From positions 73-64,072 of the forward strand of contig CANQDQ010000010.1 in the NCBI GenBank assembly GCA_947593515.1: a stretch of 64,000 nucleotides of DNA, read 5' to 3'. The stretch is from an uncultured Bacteroidales bacterium (lineage in GTDB: Bacteria; Bacteroidota; Bacteroidia; Bacteroidales; UBA11471). The position numbers and the translations under genes are program-made. The notes beneath the pieces are model-generated. The model was not told the origin of the DNA, ran no database searches, and saw nothing but the letters and a program-made list of their open reading frames with translations. The stretch's first letter is position 1; each line of letters opens with the position of its first letter. Of this stretch, positions 28,105-36,011 are shown one piece after another.

Positions 28105-28767
28105 TTACCACTGTATGGGGGTTATGCCGTGCGCCTGTAAATATTCGTTGGCACGGCTGAAATGGCGGTTCCCGAAAAATCCGCGATGCGCCGAGAGCGG
28201 CGACGGGTGCGGCGACTGCAACACCAAATGGCGGTTGCGGTCGATGAAATCGCCCTTGCGCTGCGCATACGAGCCCCACAAAATGAATACCAAATGTTCC
28301 CGCTCCTGCGCCAGTGCGTGTATCACGGCATCGGTAAACTGCTCCCAACCCTTGTTCTGGTGCGACCCCGCCTGATGTGCGCGCACCGTCAGCGTGGCAT
28401 TGAGCAGCAGCACGCCCTGCTGCGCCCAACGGGTGAGGTTGCCGCTCGTGGGTATGGGAGTGCCCAAGTCGTCGTGTATCTCTTTGAAAATGTTTTGCAG
28501 CGACGGTGGAAAAGGCACGCCGTCGTTCACCGAAAAGCAAAGCCCGTGCGCCTGTCCGGGTTCGTGATACGGGTCTTGTCCTAAAATAACCACTTTCACC
28601 TGCTCGAAAGGGCAGGCATCGAAAGCCGCAAACATCTGGCTTCCGGGCGGATAAACCCGCGTCGTGGCATACTCCTGCCGCACAAAATCGGTAAGCTCCT
28701 TGAAATAAGGCGCCTCAAATTCCGATTGCAGCCGTTTTTTCCAACTCTCATCGATGCGTACATTCAT
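28105..28767 (-). CDS. ung: Uracil-DNA glycosylase (family 1)
   Basis: 220 aa. Motifs VVILGQDPYH, GVLLLNATLTV, HPSPLSA. Confidence 0.95.
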   Translation of the reverse strand: MNVRIDESWKKRLQSEFEAPYFKELTDFVRQEYATTRVYPPGSQMFAAFDACPFEQVKVVILGQDPYHEPGQAHGLCFSVNDGVPFPPSLQNIFKEIHDDLGTPIPTSGNLTRWAQQGVLLLNATLTVRAHQAGSHQNKGWEQFTDAVIHALAQEREHLVFILWGSYAQRKGDFIDRNRHLVLQSPHPSPLSAHRGFFGNRHFSRANEYLQAHGITPIQW

Positions 28768-28816
28768 TTTTCGATGTTTTTACAAAAATTCTTTTTGCAA
28801 AGCTACAAATAATTAT

Positions 28817-28824
28817 TACTTTTG
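28817..28824 (+). promoter_or_regulatory. -7 promoter box TACTTTTG for the tRNA
   Basis: Consensus match ending 11 nt before tRNA position 1. Confidence 0.45.
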
Positions 28825-28835
28825 CCAACCGAATC

Positions 28836-28908
28836 GGCCCCGTAGTTTAGTGAATAGAACGTCAGATTCCGGTTCTGAAGGTCACAGGTTTGAGTCCTGT
28901 CGGGGTCA
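28836..28908 (+). tRNA. tRNA-Arg (anticodon CCG)
   Basis: 73-nt cloverleaf. Acceptor stem GGCCCCG/CGGGGTC (one G-U), D stem GTTT/GAAC, anticodon stem TCAGA/TCTGA with loop TTCCGGT, T stem ACAGG/CCTGT, discriminator A. CCA is not encoded. Confidence 0.9.
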
Positions 28909-28919
28909 CACGGTGAAAT

Positions 28920-28957
28920 GCTCCGAATTGTCCAAAGCAGTTCGGAGCGGTTTTTTA
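28920..28957 (+). terminator. Rho-independent terminator after the tRNA
   Basis: GCTCCGAA-N13-TTCGGAGC followed by GGTTTTTTA. Confidence 0.7.
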
Positions 28958-28989
28958 TCTGATAGACAAAGCCATTCCGACAGGGAATT

Positions 28990-31476
28990 TCAGAGCGCAA
29001 GAAATCTGCCGGTTATGCTCGCCGGATTGGCGGCAATCTGCTCCGGTGTACCCTGCGCAACGATTCTGCCGCCCTCTTCTCCGCCGCCCGGTCCGAGGTC
29101 GATGACGTAATCGCAGTTGGCAATCACATCGAGGTCGTGCTCAATGACGACAATGGTCGCGCCGAGTTCGAGCAGCTGTTGAAACACCCCGATGAGGGTG
29201 CGGGTATCGAGCGGGTGCAAACCGATGGTCGGCTCGTCGAAGACAAACAGACTGTCGTCTTGTCGGCACCCCATTTCGGCAGCCAGTTTCAACCGCTGGG
29301 CTTCGCCGCCCGAAAGGCTCGTGGTGGCTTCGCCGAGCGTAATATACCCCAGACCGATGCGGTCGAGCGATTCGAGGCGCGATTTCAATACCTTGTAGCG
29401 GGCAAGGGCTTTGGCGGCATCGGCAACGTCCATTTTCATCAAGTCGGGCAGCGAAAGAGCGTTTTCGCCGGCAGCCTCCAAACAGAACTCTTCCGCCCGT
29501 CGCGCATAGCGCGAGCCATGGCACTCCGGACACGGAATATCGACATCGGGCAGAAACTGCACATCAAGACTCACCGTCCCCGTTCCGTCGCACACCGGAC
29601 ACCGCAGCGCACCCGTATTGTACGAGAAATCGCCCGCCTTCACCGAAGCCGACTTGGCGGCAGGGGTCTTGGCAAAGAGGCTGCGCAGGTCGTCGTGCAC
29701 GTTGGCATAGGTTGCCACCGTAGAGCGCACGTTGGCGCCTATCGGCGTGGAGTCGATGAGCTTCACATTTTTGATGCCTTCGGCGGAGATGCTCTCCACG
29801 TACTCCGGCAGCTTTTCACCGCGTATCGAAGATTGAAGCGCCGGCACAAGGCTTTCGAGCACCGTCGTGGTCTTTCCCGAACCGGAAACGCCCGTTATCG
29901 CCACCATGCGCCCTTTGGGAATGCGGACTTCGAGCGGGTGCACCGTGTGAATCCGTCCGGTCTTCATCGTTATCGCGCCGGCGGCAAACATCTCTGCTTC
30001 CGACGCACGTTGGCGCACCGCCGCCACCCTCTTGGCGGAAAGGAACGGCGCTATCATGGAGCGGGGATTTTTTTCGATTTGTTCCACCGTTCCCTGCGCG
30101 ATGATTTCCCCGCCTTTGGCGCCGGCTTGGGGTCCTAACTCTATCAGCCGGTCAGCACTGCGAAGAATCTGCACATCGTGATCGACCAGCAGCACGGAAT
30201 TGCCGTCGTCCACCAAATCTTTCATCACCCCGACCAGCCCCACGATATTGACGGGGTGCAGCCCGATAGAGGGCTCGTCGAGTACGTATATCACGCCGGT
30301 GGTACGGTTGCGGACGCAGCGCGCCAGTTGCATACGCTGACGCTCTCCGGTGGAAAGCGTCGCGCCGGCGCGGTCGAGGCTGAGATACGACAACCCCAGT
30401 TCGAGAAGCCGGCGGGAGGTATCGAAATAAGACTGACTGATGCTTTCGCACATGGGGCGCATTTCTTCGGGCAACCACGCCGGAATGCCTTTCACCCACT
30501 CGTCAAGCTGCGTAAGCGTCATTTCGCAGGCTTGCGCCAGATCGATGCCGCGAATGAGCGGCGCGAGAGCCGCTTCGTTCAAACGGGTGCCGCGACAATC
30601 GGGACATATATCCTGTTTCAAAAATTTCTCGACACGCTTCATGCCCTTGTCGTCCTTGACTTTCGACAGGGCATTTTCCACCGTATAGACGGCATTGTAA
30701 TAGGTGAAATCCATTTCACCCGACACCTCCGAAGTTTTGCTCTTGTACAAAATATGCTTCTTGACGGCAGGACCGTGATAGACGATATCTTTTTCTTCGG
30801 GCGTCAAATCCTTGAAAGGTACATCGGTGCGCACGCCCATGGCGCGGCATACGTCGATCATCAGCGTCCACATCAGGGAGTTCCACGGAGCGACAGCGCC
30901 TTGATCTATCGTCAAATCCTGATTGGGAACAAGCGTCGCTTCATCGACCGTCATCACCGTACCTATGCCTCCGCACTTCTTGCACGCGCCACTGCTGTTG
31001 AACGACAGCTCTTCCGCCGACGGGGCAAAAAAGTGCGCCCCACACTCCGGACAGACGATTTCGCGACCTGCCGCCACGTTGAGCATCGGTGGGCAGTAGT
31101 GCCCATTGGGGCAGCGGTGGTTCGCCAAACGGGAATACATCAGGCGCAGGCTGTTGAGCAGCTCCGTGCCCGTGCCGAACGTGCTGCGAATGCCGGGCAC
31201 CCCCGGTCGCTGCCGCAAGGCGATGGCGGCAGGCACGTAGAGTATATCGTCGAGGTCGGCTTTGGACGCCTGCGAGATGCGGCGGCGGGTATAGGTCGAT
31301 AACGCCTCTAAATAGCGTCGGGAGCCTTCGGCATAGACCACGCCCAGCGCAAGCGACGACTTGCCGGAGCCGGACACGCCCGCCACTCCGACAATCTTGT
31401 TCAACGGTATATCGACATCGATGGCTTTCAGGTTGTGCACCCTCGCGCCGCGTATTTCTATTTTGTCCCGTTCCAT
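28990..31476 (-). CDS. UvrA-family ABC ATPase, short paralogue (UvrA2 / class II-like)
   Basis: ATG 31476 (MERDKIEIRGARVHNLK; the track start at 31503 is TTG). 828 aa with two Walker A motifs (GVSGSGKSS, GVSGSGKTT), two LSGGE/LSTGE signatures and Zn modules (CPECG, CKKCGG, CPDCRG, CPVCDG..CPECHG). Confidence 0.9.
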   Translation of the reverse strand: MERDKIEIRGARVHNLKAIDVDIPLNKIVGVAGVSGSGKSSLALGVVYAEGSRRYLEALSTYTRRRISQASKADLDDILYVPAAIALRQRPGVPGIRSTFGTGTELLNSLRLMYSRLANHRCPNGHYCPPMLNVAAGREIVCPECGAHFFAPSAEELSFNSSGACKKCGGIGTVMTVDEATLVPNQDLTIDQGAVAPWNSLMWTLMIDVCRAMGVRTDVPFKDLTPEEKDIVYHGPAVKKHILYKSKTSEVSGEMDFTYYNAVYTVENALSKVKDDKGMKRVEKFLKQDICPDCRGTRLNEAALAPLIRGIDLAQACEMTLTQLDEWVKGIPAWLPEEMRPMCESISQSYFDTSRRLLELGLSYLSLDRAGATLSTGERQRMQLARCVRNRTTGVIYVLDEPSIGLHPVNIVGLVGVMKDLVDDGNSVLLVDHDVQILRSADRLIELGPQAGAKGGEIIAQGTVEQIEKNPRSMIAPFLSAKRVAAVRQRASEAEMFAAGAITMKTGRIHTVHPLEVRIPKGRMVAITGVSGSGKTTTVLESLVPALQSSIRGEKLPEYVESISAEGIKNVKLIDSTPIGANVRSTVATYANVHDDLRSLFAKTPAAKSASVKAGDFSYNTGALRCPVCDGTGTVSLDVQFLPDVDIPCPECHGSRYARRAEEFCLEAAGENALSLPDLMKMDVADAAKALARYKVLKSRLESLDRIGLGYITLGEATTSLSGGEAQRLKLAAEMGCRQDDSLFVFDEPTIGLHPLDTRTLIGVFQQLLELGATIVVIEHDLDVIANCDYVIDLGPGGGEEGGRIVAQGTPEQIAANPASITGRFLAL

Positions 31477-31616
31477 TTCATTTCTATTTGAATGCTTGTA
31501 CAAAAATAAAGAAAGAGAAGCAACAAACGCCTTTTTATCACTAAAAAATGTACGGTTTTTTCTCTCACCGGAAAATTATCGCTACCTTTATACTCGCGTA
31601 ATCAACCGAAAAGAAA

Positions 31617-33032
31617 ATGGGACACCGACTATTGAAACATACCGCCCTTGCCGTTACCGCCCTGTCGTTGGTATCGTGCAATTCTCAATCCCGACGCAAA
31701 AAGGCTACTCCCGAGCGTCCGAACATCATCTTCATACTCGCCGACGACATGGGCTACGGCGACCTGTCGTGCTACGGCTCACGCTACGTGAAAACGCCCA
31801 ACATCGACAAGCTTGCCCGCACGGGCACCCGATTCGACCAGTGCTACGCCGGCAGCGGCATTTCGTCGCCCTCGCGCTGCGCGCTGATGACGGGTATGCA
31901 CAGCGGCAAGGGGCGCATTCGCGACAATATGTGCACCGCCGGCGGTCTGACGGGACTTAAAATCACGCCGCGCGGCGACACCTCTATCGTCAGACGCACC
32001 AACCTGCAACCCGAAGACACCACCCTCGCCACCGTCGTCGGGGCGGCAGGCTACCGCACCTGTCTGGTAAACAAATGGCACCTCGACGGCTACGACCCTA
32101 CGGCAGCGCCGCATCATCGGGGATTCGACGAATTTTACGGCTGGCTCATTTCCACCGTTTACAGCAACGACCCCTATTACTATCCCTACTGGCGTTTTCA
32201 CGGCGATTCGCTCATCAACATCTCCGCCAACGAGCACGACCGGCACGTGATTCACAACACCGACCTCTCGACCGACGATGCCATTCGCTTCATCGACCGC
32301 AACCACGAAAATCCGTTCTTCCTTTTCCTCGCCTACGATGCGCCGCACGAACCTTACAACATCGACGACACTTCGTGGTACGACGACCAAGCCCAATGGG
32401 ACGAAAACACCAAACGCTATGCCGCTCTGATTACCCACATGGACGAAGCCATAGGCAGATTGCTGGCGGAACTCGACCGGCTGGGTCTGCGCGAGAACAC
32501 CCTCGTCATCTTCGCCAGCGACAACGGCGCTGCCATTCAGGCTCCGCTCGAACAACTGAACTGCAACGCCGGTTTTCGCGGCCGCAAGGGGCAGCTCTAC
32601 GAAGGGGGCATACGGGTGCCCCTCATCGTCAATCAGCCCGGGCGCGTACCCGTCCGTCGTTTGCAAAATACGGTCTATTTCCCCGACATCATGCCCACCC
32701 TCGCCGCGCTTACCGGCGCCGAACAGGCTTTGCCGCAAGGGTATAGCGGCATGAATATTCTGCCACTGTTCTACGGCGGAGAGGCGGACACCGACCACCG
32801 CCTGCTTTACTGGGAGTTCACCGGCAAGCAGCGCGCCGCCCGCTGCGGCAAATGGAAATGCGTTACCATCAAGAAAGGCGCCCCGTTGGAGCTGTACGAC
32901 TTGGAAAAAGACCCGGGCGAACAACACGACTTGGCGGCAGAATATCCCGACCTCGTACGACAGTTCGACGAGGAAATGCAGCGGCAGCACGTACCCTCGC
33001 CCTGCTGGCCGCTGGCGGGAGAAAAGTTTTGA
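31617..33032 (+). CDS. Sulfatase (S1 family, Ser-type formylglycine motif)
   Basis: 471 aa. PNIIFILADDMGYGDL and the signature SSPSRCALMTG (Ser at the FGly position). Lipoprotein-type signal ...LSLVSC. Confidence 0.9.
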   Translation: MGHRLLKHTALAVTALSLVSCNSQSRRKKATPERPNIIFILADDMGYGDLSCYGSRYVKTPNIDKLARTGTRFDQCYAGSGISSPSRCALMTGMHSGKGRIRDNMCTAGGLTGLKITPRGDTSIVRRTNLQPEDTTLATVVGAAGYRTCLVNKWHLDGYDPTAAPHHRGFDEFYGWLISTVYSNDPYYYPYWRFHGDSLINISANEHDRHVIHNTDLSTDDAIRFIDRNHENPFFLFLAYDAPHEPYNIDDTSWYDDQAQWDENTKRYAALITHMDEAIGRLLAELDRLGLRENTLVIFASDNGAAIQAPLEQLNCNAGFRGRKGQLYEGGIRVPLIVNQPGRVPVRRLQNTVYFPDIMPTLAALTGAEQALPQGYSGMNILPLFYGGEADTDHRLLYWEFTGKQRAARCGKWKCVTIKKGAPLELYDLEKDPGEQHDLAAEYPDLVRQFDEEMQRQHVPSPCWPLAGEKF

Positions 33033-33062
33033 CAACTGTCGTTTTTCATCACAAAGAAAAAA

Positions 33063-34286
33063 ATGATAGCGCCCTTTGGAAAACCCCTCTATGTCATGGC
33101 AAAGCCGGTCGGTGCGCGGTGCAACCTCGCCTGCGAATATTGCTATTATCTGGAAAAAGAGAAACTTTCCGGAAACCCTGCCGCCTGCCGACCGATGAGC
33201 GACGAGCTGCTGGAACAATTCACCCGCGACTACATTCAAAGCCAGACGATGCAAGAGGTGCTCTTTACTTGGCACGGCGGCGAACCGCTGCTGCGCCCGC
33301 TGTCGTTCTATCGAAAGGCGCTCGACCTGCAACGCCGCTATGCCGGCGGACGCCACATCGACAACGCCATACAGACCAACGGCACGCTGCTTACCGACGA
33401 GTGGTGCCGCTTCCTGCACGATAACGGCTGGCTCGTAGGCATATCCATCGACGGACCCCGAGAGCTGCACGACCGCTATCGCCGCAGCCGCGGCGGCGAC
33501 CCGTCGTGGGAGAGCGTCATGCGGGGTATCGACCTGCTCCAAAAGCACAATGTGGAATGGAACGCCATGGCTACGGTCAATGCCTGCAATGCCGACCACC
33601 CGTTGGAATTTTACCGGTTCTTCCGCGACATCGGCGCGCACTACCTGCAATTTACCCCCGTCGTCGAGCGGCTTCTCCCCCACGACGACGGTCGCACGCT
33701 CGCCGCTCCCGCCGACACGGACGCTCCGCTTGCCGGCTACTCCGTCAGTCCGCAGCAATGGGGCGATTTCCTTTGCCGAATTTTCGACGAATGGGTGGTC
33801 AGCGACGTAGGGCAAATTTTCGTTCAACTGTTCGACGCCACGTTAGCCAACTGGTGCGGCATGCCGCCCGGCGTCTGCTCCATGTCGGAAGACTGCGGTC
33901 ATGCGGCAGTCATGGAAGCCAACGGCGACGTTTACAGCTGCGACCATTTCGTTTTTCCCGAATACCGGTTGGGCAACATCAGGCAGCACACGTTGGTCGA
34001 AATGCTCTACGGGCAGCGTCAGCAGCAGTTCGGTCGGCAGAAACGCCACGCCCTGCCCCGTCAGTGCCGCGAGTGCAGCTACCTGTTCGCCTGCCACGGC
34101 GAATGCCCCAAAAACCGTTTTGCCACCGCTGCCGACGGCGAACCCGGGCTCAACTACCTTTGCTCCGGTTATCACGCTTTCTTCCGCCACGCCGAGCCTT
34201 GCATGGAGTATATGCGCCGCGAGATAACTGCCGGTCGTCCCCCTGCCAACGTCATGCCGGTCGCCCGCCGGCTTCTTGCACAATAA
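33063..34286 (+). CDS. Anaerobic sulfatase-maturating enzyme (radical SAM / SPASM)
   Basis: 407 aa. CNLACEYCYY radical-SAM cluster and C-terminal SPASM cysteines (CSMSEDCGH..., CDHF, CRECSYLFACHGECPK). Confidence 0.9.
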   Translation: MIAPFGKPLYVMAKPVGARCNLACEYCYYLEKEKLSGNPAACRPMSDELLEQFTRDYIQSQTMQEVLFTWHGGEPLLRPLSFYRKALDLQRRYAGGRHIDNAIQTNGTLLTDEWCRFLHDNGWLVGISIDGPRELHDRYRRSRGGDPSWESVMRGIDLLQKHNVEWNAMATVNACNADHPLEFYRFFRDIGAHYLQFTPVVERLLPHDDGRTLAAPADTDAPLAGYSVSPQQWGDFLCRIFDEWVVSDVGQIFVQLFDATLANWCGMPPGVCSMSEDCGHAAVMEANGDVYSCDHFVFPEYRLGNIRQHTLVEMLYGQRQQQFGRQKRHALPRQCRECSYLFACHGECPKNRFATAADGEPGLNYLCSGYHAFFRHAEPCMEYMRREITAGRPPANVMPVARRLLAQ

Positions 34287-34287
34287 A
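34242..34287 (+). repeat. Repeat X1 (3' end of the maturase CDS plus stop)
   Basis: 46 nt, 43/46 identical to X2 at 35577-35622. Confidence 0.85.
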
Positions 34288-34298
34288 AAATAAAAAAT

Positions 34299-34306
34299 TA
34301 CTTTTG
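34299..34306 (+). promoter_or_regulatory. -7 promoter box TACTTTTG
   Basis: Consensus match 18 nt upstream of ATG 34324. Confidence 0.4.
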
Positions 34307-34323
34307 CCTCGGAAAAAGGAGTT

Positions 34324-34920
34324 ATGAAAATTGAAGAATTTACCGAAAAAGATATTCGTGAGGCTTCACACCTTGCCTATCCTGTGTGGGGAGTGAACTA
34401 CATTGCCGATGGTCAAGATGAGAAATTTGGGTTGCTAATGTGCGAGTATATCATTCGCTATGGTTGGTATGGTGCACCTTATGCCTTTAAAATTACTGAT
34501 AAAGGCAAGATGGCAGGCTGCATACTTGCGGGCAATATCAAGCAGGATAACGGTTACAACGAGTGGATTGATGAACTAATGCCCACATTCAACGACAAAC
34601 AGCGCGAGGCGGCGTTAGCTCTACGCGATTATTTTGGCAATACCTCGCCAAAAGTCTATCGCTATATGCAGGCAGACAAGGATTTATATTTGTCGTTCTT
34701 TCTATCTGCCGTGCAGGGTTGCGGTAAGCAGTTGCTTGCCGAGGTTGTAGCAGGGGCAAAGAGAGATGGTTACGAGAAACTCTACCTCTGGACAGACTCT
34801 TCGTGCAACCACTCCTACTATGCCCGCCACGGCTTTGAGAAAGTCGCCGAATTCAAGTCGGACGAGTGGAAGACCAACTCCAACAACTATTTGACTTATA
34901 TCTATCGCAAAAGTTTATAA
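34324..34920 (+). CDS. GNAT-family N-acetyltransferase
   Basis: 198 aa. Acetyl-CoA motif A-like VQGCGKQLLAEV and a C-terminal ...YYARHGFEKV. AT-rich. Confidence 0.7.
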   Translation: MKIEEFTEKDIREASHLAYPVWGVNYIADGQDEKFGLLMCEYIIRYGWYGAPYAFKITDKGKMAGCILAGNIKQDNGYNEWIDELMPTFNDKQREAALALRDYFGNTSPKVYRYMQADKDLYLSFFLSAVQGCGKQLLAEVVAGAKRDGYEKLYLWTDSSCNHSYYARHGFEKVAEFKSDEWKTNSNNYLTYIYRKSL

Positions 34921-35017
34921 TGGAGAGAGACGATATCGACTTTCGGCAAAAGCGCGTTTCGATGTTATTTCGAAAAGAGATAAAGTAATACTAAAATAAT
35001 TTTAATCAAATAGATAT

Positions 35018-35521
35018 ATGGCAACGATAATAAAGAGTGAAGTCAAAGATTTCCAACCCAATCCAAACAAGATAGATGGGTTTAGGCTACTGACGGATAG
35101 GACAAGAGAGGCTATGGGAATTACCCCCAAATGGCTCAATTTCGATGTACGACAGCTCAATCCTCGTGAGTGTAATGCTGCTTATCACTTTCATCGTTAT
35201 GCTGAGGAATTATTTATTATCCAACAAGGTGCAGCCAAATTACGTACTCCCCAAGGCGTAGAAATAGTAAAATCAGGCGATATTATATTTTTCGAAGCAG
35301 GAGAAACGGGCGCTCATCAACTTTACAATCATACAGAAGAACCGTGTATATTCCTTGACATACGCACTTATATCGGGCATGATATATGCGAATATCCTGA
35401 TTCTAACAATATTATCATCGTTCCAAATGGTGAAACCTTCAAACGCGATGAACAACACAACTATTTTGAGGGAGAAGAAGGGATTTACGATATCTGGAAT
35501 AAATTAAACAAGTCTGAATAA
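35018..35521 (+). CDS. Cupin domain protein
   Basis: 167 aa. Two cupin motifs (YHFHRYAEELFIIQQG and GDIIFFEAGETGAHQLYN). Confidence 0.7.
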   Translation: MATIIKSEVKDFQPNPNKIDGFRLLTDRTREAMGITPKWLNFDVRQLNPRECNAAYHFHRYAEELFIIQQGAAKLRTPQGVEIVKSGDIIFFEAGETGAHQLYNHTEEPCIFLDIRTYIGHDICEYPDSNNIIIVPNGETFKRDEQHNYFEGEEGIYDIWNKLNKSE

Positions 35522-35530
35522 ATAAAAGAT

Positions 35531-35577
35531 GCTTGCATTTTTATATCATTATCGGCGAAAAATTTTCGTCCGATGAC
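35531..35577 (+). repeat. Repeat Y1
   Basis: 47 nt, 44/47 identical to Y2 at 35953-35999. It abuts X2 with no spacer. Confidence 0.85.
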
Positions 35578-35622
35578 CTGCCAATGTCATGCCGGTAGCC
35601 CGCCGGATTCTTGCACAATAAA
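35577..35622 (+). repeat. Repeat X2 (non-coding copy of the maturase 3' end)
   Basis: 46 nt, 43/46 identical to X1. No maturase-like sequence lies upstream of it. Confidence 0.85.
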
Positions 35623-35629
35623 TTGATAA

Positions 35630-35896
35630 TCAATTATAAAACAATAACAGCAACAGAACTATTATTTGAGTCAGCAGTATTAAGGGAATGCCATATTTGA
35701 ATTTTTTGTGCAGCGTTTTATGATGCCACACTTTCATTCCTAACCAAGCCCCCACACTGCCGCCCAGCGCAGCCATCAGCAACAGCGCAGCTTCCGAGAT
35801 GCGCCGTGCGGATTTCTTCGCTTTCCACTTGTCGATGCCGTACACGAAAAAAACGACCCCGTTGATGACGACAAGGCAGATAAAGAGATAATACAT
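35630..35896 (-). CDS. DUF1294 domain membrane protein
   Basis: 88 aa. YGIDKWKAKKSARRISE..LL..A..GGS.GAW.GM....HKT.HKKF pattern. Confidence 0.75.
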   Translation of the reverse strand: MYYLFICLVVINGVVFFVYGIDKWKAKKSARRISEAALLLMAALGGSVGAWLGMKVWHHKTLHKKFKYGIPLILLTQIIVLLLLLFYN

Positions 35897-35928
35897 ATAC
35901 TTCGATTAAACAAGAATCATCGGAAAAG

Positions 35929-35961
35929 AATGCAAGCGCCTCCGAAAAAGGCGCTTGCATT
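35929..35961 (-). terminator. Terminator hairpin downstream of the LbH nucleotidyltransferase-like gene
   Basis: Perfect 12-bp stem AATGCAAGCGCC-N9-GGCGCTTGCATT. Its right arm is the start of repeat Y2. Confidence 0.65.
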
Positions 35962-35999
35962 TTTATATCCTTATCGGCGAAAAATTTTCGCCCGACGAC
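35953..35999 (+). repeat. Repeat Y2
   Basis: 47 nt, 44/47 identical to Y1. Confidence 0.85.
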
Positions 36000-36011
36000 A
36001 CGCCGACATTT

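Noticed and set aside
31779-33827. 682-aa minus-strand ORF across the sulfatase and maturase genes
   Set aside because: It is antisense to two genes with diagnostic active-site motifs, so it is a GC-driven open frame.
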